From a virus, in IMG/VR virus record IMGVR_UViG_3300020021_000003, positions 1,877-65,876 of that record: a stretch of DNA of 64,000 nucleotides; one strand, 5' to 3'. This document shows positions 30,222 through 37,941 of this stretch, one piece after another (within the stretch, counting starts at the first letter, position 1; every line of letters starts with the position of its first letter). A program made the translations under genes and the position numbers. Under the pieces are notes generated by a model. That model saw only the letters and a program-made list of their open reading frames with translations. It was not told where the DNA came from and did no database searches.

Positions 30222-30674
30222 CTACTCGGAAAGTTCTTCCTCAGTATCTACAGGAACTTCCTCAACTACTGGAGAACCGTAGGGAGCAGGAACGTTGTGC
30301 AGGCTGTCCAAGATGTGTCCAGAAGCTGAACGTGGATACTCTAGTCCCTTGTCGCTTCCACCAACGTACTGGGAAACGTAGAACTCTCTTGGGTAGTCAC
30401 CAGGGCTGCTCTGGAAGGACTCCATAGTACCTGTGTTGTTGTAGACCTCTTCTGGAGTTCTACCAGTCTCTGTTCCTAGGAACTCAGGGCGTTCTGCATC
30501 AGAGAACTCTACCCACAGTCCGTGCTGGTTGCGGTACTGCTCTGGATTGATTCCAGATGTGCGCTGTACTTCAGGGTGAGGAAGCTGGTCCTCTGTGAAT
30601 GTCTGTCCAGGCATTCCTTCATCATGGACATAGCCATGTGTGGATTGTGCTGTCCAGCCGATATTACTGTTCAT
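30222..30674 (-). CDS. Acidic hypothetical protein
   Basis: 150-aa ORF with AAGGA RBS. Confidence 0.55.
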   Translation of the reverse strand: MNSNIGWTAQSTHGYVHDEGMPGQTFTEDQLPHPEVQRTSGINPEQYRNQHGLWVEFSDAERPEFLGTETGRTPEEVYNNTGTMESFQSSPGDYPREFYVSQYVGGSDKGLEYPRSASGHILDSLHNVPAPYGSPVVEEVPVDTEEELSE

Positions 30675-30682
30675 AGTTATCC

Positions 30683-30916
30683 TTACTTATCAAGCACGGT
30701 CCAACCGGGCTTTAATCCAGACTCGTCTAATCCATTATAGTGCGGACAGTGGTAACCACTTGCAACGTGCTGGCCATCTTCGTAGACACAGGTGGATACT
30801 GCCTGAGGGTGGAAGTACTCATAGGGTACATGTGTTCCACCATGAGCTGTCCAGCTCTCCTCTTGCCAGGCATCGTTGTCCTGATCCGCCGTGAAGTGAA
30901 AATCAATTCCAGTCAT
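30683..30916 (-). CDS. Hypothetical protein
   Basis: 77-aa ORF in the operon. Confidence 0.5.
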   Translation of the reverse strand: MTGIDFHFTADQDNDAWQEESWTAHGGTHVPYEYFHPQAVSTCVYEDGQHVASGYHCPHYNGLDESGLKPGWTVLDK

Positions 30917-31343
30917 AGAATACGTGTCCTAAATCAGGGGGAGTATACGTAGGAGGCTTAATAACCTTCCCATACTCATTGTAGTGCACTTGACCATCTG
31001 GCCACAACTTATCCATATTGGACTGGTGTACTGTATTGAATGCGGCTTCCAGATCCATGTTCAATTCTTCGCCACTGCCGTAGGTTACGTAGAGAAGGTC
31101 AGCAAATTCCTTTGCCAGATCTACCCAGGCATCTCCAAGCGTGTGGCAGGATACTGTGTCCTCATTCAGCATCAGGTGCATTACATAGTCCAGTTGGTCT
31201 ATTACCTCACCGTATTCTTCCTTGATGAGTTTACGTCTTTTCTGCAATAGGGAAATAGAAATAGCCCGCGCATGGCGGGCCTTTCCATCCCTATCGAACT
31301 TGTCGTGAAAATCCGTCAAGTCCTGCATAGGGTTATAAGTCAC
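30903..31343 (-). CDS. MazG-like nucleoside triphosphate pyrophosphohydrolase
   Basis: LIKEEYGE, KEFADLLYVTYG, VHQSNM.K and GKVIKP motifs. Confidence 0.85.
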   Translation of the reverse strand: MTYNPMQDLTDFHDKFDRDGKARHARAISISLLQKRRKLIKEEYGEVIDQLDYVMHLMLNEDTVSCHTLGDAWVDLAKEFADLLYVTYGSGEELNMDLEAAFNTVHQSNMDKLWPDGQVHYNEYGKVIKPPTYTPPDLGHVFYDWN

Positions 31344-31528
31344 TTAATTACCTTTCCGCACCATGTGCAGCTAATGTCTAGGCCAGGTGGCTCATCATGT
31401 AGGTTAAGCTTATGTCGCAATTTACGGGTCAGCACGTAAAATTTGAACCAGTATCTGTATCTCCTCGGTTCTGGATCAAATTCATCTCCTGACCATGGAC
31501 AAGGTATACAGAAAGCTGTAGGTCTCAT
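31340..31528 (-). CDS. Hypothetical protein
   Basis: 62 aa, coupled ATGA overlap, CxxC motifs. Confidence 0.45.
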   Translation of the reverse strand: MRPTAFCIPCPWSGDEFDPEPRRYRYWFKFYVLTRKLRHKLNLHDEPPGLDISCTWCGKVIK

Positions 31529-32626
31529 TTAGTACTCTACTCCGTCAACGCTAAAACAACCATCTTGGACAGTGATAAGACGCGGGTAAACTCGCTGACC
31601 GTACACCTCAAGGATACCGAATGCCTGCTGCCAGTTCGCCGCTACACCCTTCTTCTTAAGATAGTCAGCCTTGGACAGATCCATGAAGTGACCAACCTCA
31701 AGTCCAGTCAGAGTGTTGCGGGAAATACCGTTGTAGCCAGTACTCTCACTGGTCATACCTGCTCGGTGAGTATGGCCGCATACAGTGGATACTCCGAACT
31801 TGTTCTTAGCCAGACCGAATGCTGTCTTACCTGCGGAAGGGCTGAGAGAACCTTCGTCACCATGAGCCATAACCCAACCTGGTGCAAGCTCTACAACTGC
31901 ATCTCTCACGAACTCTACATGGTACTGATCGAATCCCAACTGGAATTCAATAGTATTGGACCGCAGTGTGGCAGCACCAGGTGAGCATCCCTGAATGTAG
32001 TTCTCAAGGCGATCATCGTGATTAGAGCGAACAATACGCATACGTCCAGAATAGACCTTACGGATCTCTTCAAGGATACTCATAGAAGTATCAAAGCCTG
32101 CCTGGAGGTCCCCAGCAAATTCTGGCTTCTTACCGCGCACCCAACGACTGATCTCAGTGGAGTCAGTGAAGTCACCAACCTGTGCAAGCTCAGTAGGCTG
32201 ATAATCGCCCAGGAACCGAATGAACTTCTCTACCAGTGCAACATCATGGAGAGGAGCCTGAACGTCAGGCATGACCACGATGGTCTTAGGCTTCTCCTTG
32301 AAGGGCTTGATGAATACCGTAGTACCTGTTGAGGGCATTGGAGCCGGATAGGTAGGTATAGTAATCGGAGGAAACATGGGAGCAGAAGGATTGTAATAGC
32401 TGTTGATGTAGGACATTCCCTTTGCAGCCGACTCAATTTCTACAGGCTCTACCTTGTTGTTCTCTCGATAGGTTCGAACCAGCTTCTCCGATACCTGCTC
32501 TCCGGTAATCCAGAGGATTCTATCTGCTGCTGACTTACGTCCCCGAGTCATGTCATTCAGGATATCGGATACTTCCTGGTTGACCTCAGCGAAGTTCTTA
32601 AGCTTGTCAATGGTGTCAATACGCAT
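31529..32626 (-). CDS. Calcineurin-like metallophosphoesterase with N-terminal extension
   Basis: PDVQ, GDFTD, SNHD, HGD and GHTH motifs. Confidence 0.88.
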   Translation of the reverse strand: MRIDTIDKLKNFAEVNQEVSDILNDMTRGRKSAADRILWITGEQVSEKLVRTYRENNKVEPVEIESAAKGMSYINSYYNPSAPMFPPITIPTYPAPMPSTGTTVFIKPFKEKPKTIVVMPDVQAPLHDVALVEKFIRFLGDYQPTELAQVGDFTDSTEISRWVRGKKPEFAGDLQAGFDTSMSILEEIRKVYSGRMRIVRSNHDDRLENYIQGCSPGAATLRSNTIEFQLGFDQYHVEFVRDAVVELAPGWVMAHGDEGSLSPSAGKTAFGLAKNKFGVSTVCGHTHRAGMTSESTGYNGISRNTLTGLEVGHFMDLSKADYLKKKGVAANWQQAFGILEVYGQRVYPRLITVQDGCFSVDGVEY

Positions 32627-32698
32627 TCTGCCTCCTCATAGAAAAATCTGCATGGTGTGGATATTGAGGTACATCCTACACCATACAGATCAACGTGT

Positions 32699-33133
32699 CT
32701 ACCGCTTGTTAACAAGAAGATCAACAACCGCTATAGCTATCGGGATCATTACAAGGGACACGAACCAACGGAACTGCTCCTTTTTCTCCTGTAGATAGCT
32801 GGTGTGCTGATCTTTTCTTTCATCAGTCTCGCGCTGTATAGCTGTCTCAAATCTAGCTCTTTCGGCCAAGATTTCTCTTCTGAGCAGCTCCAATGAATCT
32901 CTGAGTTCTCTTTTCAGTACATCGAGATCCTTTTCAGTATCGTGTACCTTCTCATTGATATTGTCTAGTCGTATCTCAGAAGAACGCTTATCGGCTTGAT
33001 ATTCTGTTAACGTCAGGAGCTTGTCCAGGCGATTGGTAAAATCCGCGAATCGAGTATCAACACTTCTCTGCAAAGCATCAAGTTCTCTCTGAACAGCCCC
33101 AGACCAGGCTGGACCGTCTGGTTGTGTAGTCAT
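32699..33133 (-). CDS. Coiled-coil protein with C-terminal transmembrane helix (holin-like)
   Basis: Long coiled coil ending in WFVSLVMIPIAIAVVDLLV. Confidence 0.55.
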   Translation of the reverse strand: MTTQPDGPAWSGAVQRELDALQRSVDTRFADFTNRLDKLLTLTEYQADKRSSEIRLDNINEKVHDTEKDLDVLKRELRDSLELLRREILAERARFETAIQRETDERKDQHTSYLQEKKEQFRWFVSLVMIPIAIAVVDLLVNKR

Positions 33134-33229
33134 AGTAACTCACTCGGGGCTAGGTCTGAATGGGACAAATAGACCAGACCAGAGTATCTATGTATTCTAC
33201 AAATGAGGTATCCCGAGGTAATGAGTGGG

Positions 33230-33271
33230 GAGGTCTAGTGCTATTACTTTATTAGGATAGCACTAGACCTC
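33230..33271. terminator. Strong hairpin, probable terminator
   Basis: Perfect 15-bp inverted repeat GAGGTCTAGTGCTAT/ATAGCACTAGACCTC. Confidence 0.7.
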
Positions 33272-33282
33272 TTTACTTTCTG

Positions 33283-34350
33283 TTACTGCTCCGCAGACGG
33301 ACGAACCAACTCCCACACCTTCTCTGAGATGCTCTTGTTATCCAGTAGGGAGAACATGAAACCCTGGTACTGCATTCCCTTTACCCTCTGTGCGAAATCC
33401 TTTCGAGTTCCACCATCAGGAAACTTCTCAGTGTTCTGCATGTCCCAGACTGCTAATTGGAAGTCGTGCTTGATGGCCTCAATCGTCATCATGTAGTCAT
33501 AAGCAATGGCACTGTATGTCTTACTCAACCAGGCATGCCACTCGTCCGGAACGATAGCGTAAAGCTCTGGAAGAGTCTTGCCGTCCTTCATGTTCTCCCA
33601 GATACGACGCTCTGTCAAGCCAGTCACGATCTTGTGCAGAAGCACGTAATCCCCTTGCTTGATCTTGATTCGGTAGTCCAACTCGGGGAAGTACACTACG
33701 AACCCCTCAGCATTGGTGCGTGGAGGGGCCTCCAATGCCTCTGTAAGCGTCTTGTAGGGGAAGGTAGTGGTCTTGGGACCATACCACTCCTCCACGTCCT
33801 TAGCGGCCCGTACAGCGCCTGTTACAGCATTACGTGCAGCCAGCAGCACAAGGTCTTCCCGATCCCCATAGTTCAGGACCACTCGGTTCCCAGGATAGAT
33901 GATCTCTACCAGGTAGGTCTCCTCATACCACAGATCAAGCTTGTAGTCCTTGTGCGGAGTGTGCAGGAAACTGGTTGCCCAGACTGCCTGATCGGAAGTA
34001 AAGGAACCGCGAGTCGCTACGTGCCATTCGCCCTCGTACTCAAAGACAATACCGAGTGAACCATCCATCTTGTCGGTAACCTCAACTGTATAATCCTTGA
34101 GGAATACGTCAGACTGGTTCTGGCCATAGTTCAGGAACTTGTCGAAAGGCCGCGCGACAATATTGAGCTTATTATCGATAATCAGATCTCGACACTGACG
34201 AGTTACCTCGTTCCACACGTTCTCGAACTGAGACTTTTCCGTATAATTGACAATAGAGATAGGCAGATTCGGGTGCTTGTTGACCCGAATATACTTCTCA
34301 AACAGCATCATCCGGTACAAGTCCATCGGCATAATATCCCATAGCTTCAC
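33283..34350 (-). CDS. RNA ligase (T4 Rnl1-like)
   Basis: NIVARPFDKFLN, motif I KMDGSLG, ATRGSF and motif IV EGFVV...IKIK. Confidence 0.92.
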   Translation of the reverse strand: MKLWDIMPMDLYRMMLFEKYIRVNKHPNLPISIVNYTEKSQFENVWNEVTRQCRDLIIDNKLNIVARPFDKFLNYGQNQSDVFLKDYTVEVTDKMDGSLGIVFEYEGEWHVATRGSFTSDQAVWATSFLHTPHKDYKLDLWYEETYLVEIIYPGNRVVLNYGDREDLVLLAARNAVTGAVRAAKDVEEWYGPKTTTFPYKTLTEALEAPPRTNAEGFVVYFPELDYRIKIKQGDYVLLHKIVTGLTERRIWENMKDGKTLPELYAIVPDEWHAWLSKTYSAIAYDYMMTIEAIKHDFQLAVWDMQNTEKFPDGGTRKDFAQRVKGMQYQGFMFSLLDNKSISEKVWELVRPSAEQ

Positions 34351-34534
34351 GCTCGTACTCCTTTTCTAATTCGATTACCTGAGCACAATTACACGTACAA
34401 TTGCCTTCCGGTGGTTCCAGTCCAGCATACTCATTGGACTCGACATCGTCCATACCCCACCAAGGATGGGGCTCTAGATTGTGGTATCCGAACTTACAGG
34501 ACCAACAAGTCACATAGCAAATGATAAGATCCAT
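34298..34534 (-). CDS. Small Cys-rich protein
   Basis: ATG 34534 with AAGGAGG RBS, CxxC...H...CxCxC. Confidence 0.5.
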   Translation of the reverse strand: MDLIICYVTCWSCKFGYHNLEPHPWWGMDDVESNEYAGLEPPEGNCTCNCAQVIELEKEYEREAMGYYADGLVPDDAV

Positions 34535-34633
34535 CAGGTAGCCTCCTTGGTCGGTATGTCGTGGTACGAGTCTACTGCATGAAAAACCCCTGTCAACCCA
34601 TCGAGCCAAAGCCGTAGATTAACAGGGGTTACG

Positions 34634-34716
34634 TGACAGTAGAGGGATTCGAACCCCCAAGTCCCGAAGAAATGAGATTTACAGTCTCAGGAGCCAGCCA
34701 ATTGCTCAATACTGCC
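34634..34716 (-). tRNA. tRNA-Tyr(GTA)
   Basis: Cloverleaf, anticodon loop CTGTAAA, long variable arm. Confidence 0.9.
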
Positions 34717-34822
34717 ATTAACATCACAGCCTATCCTTCGCCTTTCGTCTTCTAGGACGTCGCGCAAGGCATGTTATGTACTCCTGAGCGGAGGATTTTT
34801 TACTAATACTCAGGACCGTTCG

Positions 34823-34893
34823 AGGGAAGACGGAGAATCGAACTCCGATAACTGGGGCCACATCCCAGTGCTTTGCCGTTAAGCTATCAACCC
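34823..34893 (-). tRNA. tRNA-His(GTG)
   Basis: Loop ATGTGGC, two acceptor-stem mismatches. Confidence 0.75.
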
Positions 34894-34930
34894 AAAGACT
34901 AGTCTACACTAGCCGTCTTGCTTTGTAAAG

Positions 34931-35002
34931 TACGAACACCAGGAATTGAACTTAGAACTAGATTTTATCAGAATCTCGTGATAACCGTTTCACCATGCTC
35001 GC
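34931..35002 (-). tRNA. tRNA-Ile(GAT)
   Basis: Loop CTGATAA, weak T stem. Confidence 0.75.
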
Positions 35003-35065
35003 ATTAATACTAGTACCGGTTTTTGTCGACGTGTTGTTTGAGAACCGGGTACACAAAACTCAAGG

Positions 35066-35138
35066 TAGGACATGAAGGAATTGAACCTTCTATCGTCAGG
35101 ATATAAGCCTGCTGCATCGACCGTTATGCTAATGTCCC
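35066..35138 (-). tRNA. tRNA-Ile(TAT)
   Basis: Full cloverleaf, loop CTTATAT. Confidence 0.8.
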
Positions 35139-35247
35139 ATTAATGAGGTTGCTATTCCGGAGCCAAATACCTTTTACGCGCGATTAAGTATAAGACTCTT
35201 GCACGATATTACACCCATCCAACCCCCAATGGGAACACGTGACTAAG

Positions 35248-35331
35248 CGGAAAGTGTGGAGAATCGAACCCACTAGGGCATTAACCCCTACTACATTTCC
35301 AATGTAGCTGCTCACCGGTTGCATACTTTCC
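35248..35331 (-). tRNA. tRNA-Ser(GGA)
   Basis: Loop TTGGAAA, long variable arm. Confidence 0.88.
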
Positions 35332-35337
35332 ATAAGG

Positions 35338-35510
35338 CCCTTCCCATTTGAGCATCGCCGAGAGGCTTGGGAAGGGGTCGATTAAGCACTATACTAACAT
35401 CTCCAGAGCGTTCGTGCAACCGATCACTTCTCTGGTCTCAGACTAGCATTTTTCCTGAACATGGCAAAACCGGCTGCACGTGGTTGTCAGGCAGGCGAGT
35501 GAATCACCTG
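35338..35510 (-). ncRNA. Putative pseudoknotted ncRNA between Ser tRNAs
   Basis: 9-bp hairpin, plus a 10-bp helix pairing into the loop of a 6-bp hairpin. Confidence 0.4.
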
Positions 35511-35515
35511 TGCTG

Positions 35516-35600
35516 CGGATGATGTAGGATTTGAACCCACGGAGCTGTTACACTCTCCAGTTTTCAAGACTGGTGCAATCGGCCGCTCTGCCAATCATCC
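35516..35600 (-). tRNA. tRNA-Ser(TGA)
   Basis: Loop CTTGAAA, long variable arm. Confidence 0.92.
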
Positions 35601-35693
35601 ATGCCATACTAGCTTTGTTCTATGACGTCAGCCTATCAGCCGAAACTGGATTCTGGTCAAAAGCAGATCTACATATGGTTGAACTGCTCGGCG

Positions 35694-35780
35694 CGGAGAT
35701 AACAGGATTCGAACCTGCGGAGGTTTTACCCTCTCTTCATTAGCAGTGAAGTGCCTTAAGCCGTACTCAGCCACATCTCC
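35694..35780 (-). tRNA. tRNA-Ser(GCT)
   Basis: Loop CTGCTAA, long variable arm. Confidence 0.92.
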
Positions 35781-35792
35781 ATTATTACTACG

Positions 35793-35868
35793 AGCGCATA
35801 GTGGGAATCGAACCCCTTGTAACGGCTTTGCAGGCCATCTCCATCCCAGACGAATTAACTCTACGCGC
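35793..35868 (-). tRNA. tRNA-Cys(GCA)
   Basis: Loop CTGCAAA, U73, enlarged irregular D region. Confidence 0.75.
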
Positions 35869-35891
35869 ATAAAGGATTCTGTAGAATCCAG

Positions 35892-35971
35892 TGGAACTGC
35901 TGGGATTCGAACCCAGGTGCTGATAACTTCCGACTTGCGGTTTTTACTACCAGACGAAACCAACCAGCCCC
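35892..35971 (-). ncRNA. Mini-tmRNA (tRNA-like domain only)
   Basis: GGGGCTG-GTT-GGTTTCGTC 5' end, G3:U70 pair, no D stem, helix CTGGTAG/TTATCAG, canonical T arm and A73. Confidence 0.7.
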
Positions 35972-35972
35972 G

Positions 35973-36041
35973 CTATATTACACACAGGACAATTACCAGC
36001 AGAACTGCTAGTACAAGCCACAGTGCTTCAAGTGCGTTCAT
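35973..36041 (-). CDS. 22-aa hydrophobic peptide
   Basis: AAGGAGG RBS, MNALEALWLVLAVLLVIVLCVI. Confidence 0.5.
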   Translation of the reverse strand: MNALEALWLVLAVLLVIVLCVI

Positions 36042-36131
36042 ATTATCCTCCTTGTAGATGCAGGGTACCAAGCCTCCTGCTCCTGGGTCAACGAATAACG
36101 TTCCATCTCCGTAGAAATCCCAGCCCTTACG

Positions 36132-36202
36132 TACCCGCTGAGGGAATCGAACCCCCGTCTTTGGTGTGTAAAACCAAGGCCCTCCCATTAGACGAAGCGG
36201 GC
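36132..36202 (-). tRNA. tRNA-Val(TAC)
   Basis: Loop TTTACAC, cloverleaf. Confidence 0.88.
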
Positions 36203-36225
36203 AATACCCTTTCGGGCGATACTGC

Positions 36226-36411
36226 TTAAAACAATCCTGTACCTTTTAGCATATTAGCATATAGAATTTCTATTTCATTTGTATCTAGCCACTGGATCTT
36301 TACTATTCGTGATCCTTGCCAGTCGTACTCGTCTTCCAGCACACGAGCCTTGCGGTTACGTGGACCGAATGCTCCGTCACCTTCACGGAGAGGTGTACGT
36401 CTACCAAACAC
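36226..36411 (-). CDS. Small hypothetical protein
   Basis: GTG start behind AGGAG, 61 aa. Confidence 0.5.
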   Translation of the reverse strand: MFGRRTPLREGDGAFGPRNRKARVLEDEYDWQGSRIVKIQWLDTNEIEILYANMLKGTGLF

Positions 36412-36412
36412 A

Positions 36413-36559
36413 TTATCTCCTTGTAAGCTGTGCTTCAGTAAATAATCTGCCATTGACTTTGTACTTGCATAGTCCATGCATGCATTCACGAGCAGTTATC
36501 TTACCTTCACCACCCTGATAGGAAACATGGTCTCCGATATTGAATTTATATCTGGACAC
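36413..36559 (-). CDS. Small SH3/KOW-like protein
   Basis: GTG start behind AGGAGG, KFNIGDHV motif. Confidence 0.5.
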   Translation of the reverse strand: MSRYKFNIGDHVSYQGGEGKITARECMHGLCKYKVNGRLFTEAQLTRR

Positions 36560-36747
36560 TATACCTCCTGAGTAGTTTGGTGGTATCCCCTGAATTTGAA
36601 TCAGGAACTTCGTGCTTATGGCCCGATCGGTTAATAGATCTACTGACAATCTACCCAACTAGTACACAAACCTTCACTGTCGCTACCACGGCCGATCCAC
36701 GACGGTTCGTCAGTTTATGCTTTTCACAGCTTACCTACAGAATACCG

Positions 36748-36820
36748 TACCCCTGACTGGATTCGAACCAGCAATTTTCGGCTTAGAAGGCCGTTGAGTT
36801 GTCCCTTACTCTACAGAGGC
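36748..36820 (-). tRNA. tRNA-Arg(TCT)
   Basis: Loop CTTCTAA, cloverleaf. Confidence 0.88.
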
Positions 36821-36907
36821 ATACGTAACAGACCTATTGTATCCGCTTCTCCTTCAGTCTGCTACTTCCAATTCGGGGAAGGAGCTGACGGCCCCAAATT
36901 TAAAACT

Positions 36908-37345
36908 TTAATCCCACCAGCCGTACCAATCGTACTTGGAGTCAGTATAGATGTCAACTTCTTCCCAGTCTCCGTCCAGCAAAGCTTCTCTGATCTGCTG
37001 TCTCACTTTAGAGCGGATAGCTCCGTTTGTCAACTGCTTGATATCCTTGTTGCTTCGGATGTTCGGGTAGTACTCAAGCCAGTGACAGCAGTGCTTATCG
37101 TCTCGGTATCTTGAATCGTTAGGACTTTCGGGAAGGTCCAGAGTACAGTCTACATACTCAGACCAGCTATTGTAAATACCAGCCATGTACCAGACTACTT
37201 CGTTGCCGTAGCCGTCCTTACGCATGATAGGCTCTTCACCGATTCGTTCCCTATGGGTAACCAAGTGATGATGGTACGCATATCGGTCCATCTTAGGATC
37301 ATTCTTGAGAACCCAATAAGGACGGTCCTTGAGTGTGCGAGACAT
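36908..37345 (-). CDS. Hypothetical protein
   Basis: 145 aa, GGAGG RBS, MSRT.K.RPYWV start. Confidence 0.65.
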   Translation of the reverse strand: MSRTLKDRPYWVLKNDPKMDRYAYHHHLVTHRERIGEEPIMRKDGYGNEVVWYMAGIYNSWSEYVDCTLDLPESPNDSRYRDDKHCCHWLEYYPNIRSNKDIKQLTNGAIRSKVRQQIREALLDGDWEEVDIYTDSKYDWYGWWD

Positions 37346-37377
37346 ACAAACCTCCGATAGTGCTAGGAGTTCTTACG

Positions 37378-37413
37378 TGTCGGTAGAGGGATTCGAACCC
37401 CCGACTTCCTCAC
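37378..37413 (-). pseudogene. 3' half of split tRNA-Arg(ACG)
   Basis: GTGAG-GAAGTC-T arm-TACCGAC-A. Acceptor strand is perfectly complementary to GTCGGTA at 37979. Confidence 0.8.
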
Positions 37414-37436
37414 CAACTGAGTAGACGCTTTTAACG

Positions 37437-37512
37437 TACCCCTGACTGGATTCGAACCAGCATGTGTCCATTAACCTTTCAACGCGTTCGTAGCGCGAGG
37501 GTATACAGAGGC
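37437..37512 (-). tRNA. D-armless tRNA-Arg(ACG)-like element
   Basis: Acceptor GCCTCTG/CAGGGGT, anticodon arm CGCG-CTACGAA-CGCG, canonical T arm, no D stem. Confidence 0.55.
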
Positions 37513-37935
37513 AGGACCAGTCCACCATCCAAACTGCTCAAAGGTCTTTCTCCTGTGACAGTTTGCACATAGTACCTGGCATTTATCAATCTCAGCTTGA
37601 ACAGTCTCAATCTTAGAGACATTCTTGGCTGCTTCACTAATGTTGAACGATTTGATAGAAGGATCTAGATGATCAAACTCTAGCATACGTGGATCAGTTT
37701 CACCACAGTGAACACAAGGATGATCAAGTAAGTAGCTCCAGACGTACTCTCGTATTATCTGTATATATCTTAGATCGTTCTTTCTAGCCTTGTCAAGATA
37801 GACTTGCTTGTTAGCTGTGTAATGATCCCTGTTGTATTGGTTGTGGCAGGGCTTACACATTGAGCTTTTCGAAGCAAACTCACTTAATGGCTTTTCGATA
37901 CTGCACTTGCTACATGTCTTCATGCTATTAATCAT
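37471..37935 (-). CDS. HNH homing endonuclease
   Basis: N-terminal CxxC...CxxC, then CVHCGE..LEFDH...CQVLCANCHRRKT. Confidence 0.9.
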   Translation of the reverse strand: MINSMKTCSKCSIEKPLSEFASKSSMCKPCHNQYNRDHYTANKQVYLDKARKNDLRYIQIIREYVWSYLLDHPCVHCGETDPRMLEFDHLDPSIKSFNISEAAKNVSKIETVQAEIDKCQVLCANCHRRKTFEQFGWWTGPASVYPRATNALKG

Positions 37936-37941
37936 AGCACG

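Larger units (their letters stand above)
37414..37941 (-). mobile_element. HNH cassette inserted in the tRNA-Arg(ACG) anticodon loop
   Basis: 528-nt insert between tRNA positions 38 and 39, containing an HNH gene and a tRNA-like element. Confidence 0.75.

Noticed and set aside
733-33100. Many plus-strand ORFs in the track overlapping the structural genes (e.g. 3255-4052, 11499-12236, 16962-17459)
   Set aside because: They are antisense shadows of motif-bearing minus-strand genes, with no RBS or recognisable motifs. Only 28818-29066 is kept.
35335-35971. Full-length or two-piece tmRNA using the nearby pseudoknot element as the coding piece
   Set aside because: The tRNA-like domain closes on itself in 80 nt in normal order, and I found no tag-like frame ending in ALAA or similar nearby.
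36050-36125. Riboswitch upstream of the 22-aa peptide
   Set aside because: Only short helices are present, and they do not match any aptamer consensus I could verify.
36660-36745. Hammerhead ribozyme (CTGACGA present on the minus strand)
   Set aside because: There is no correctly placed GAAA or stem II/III geometry.
37414-37941. Group I or group II intron explanation for the tRNA-Arg insertion
   Set aside because: The HNH ORF and embedded tRNA fill almost the whole insert. No P/Q/R/S core or domain V is visible, the 5' exon does not end in U, and the ends do not fit GUGYG...AY.
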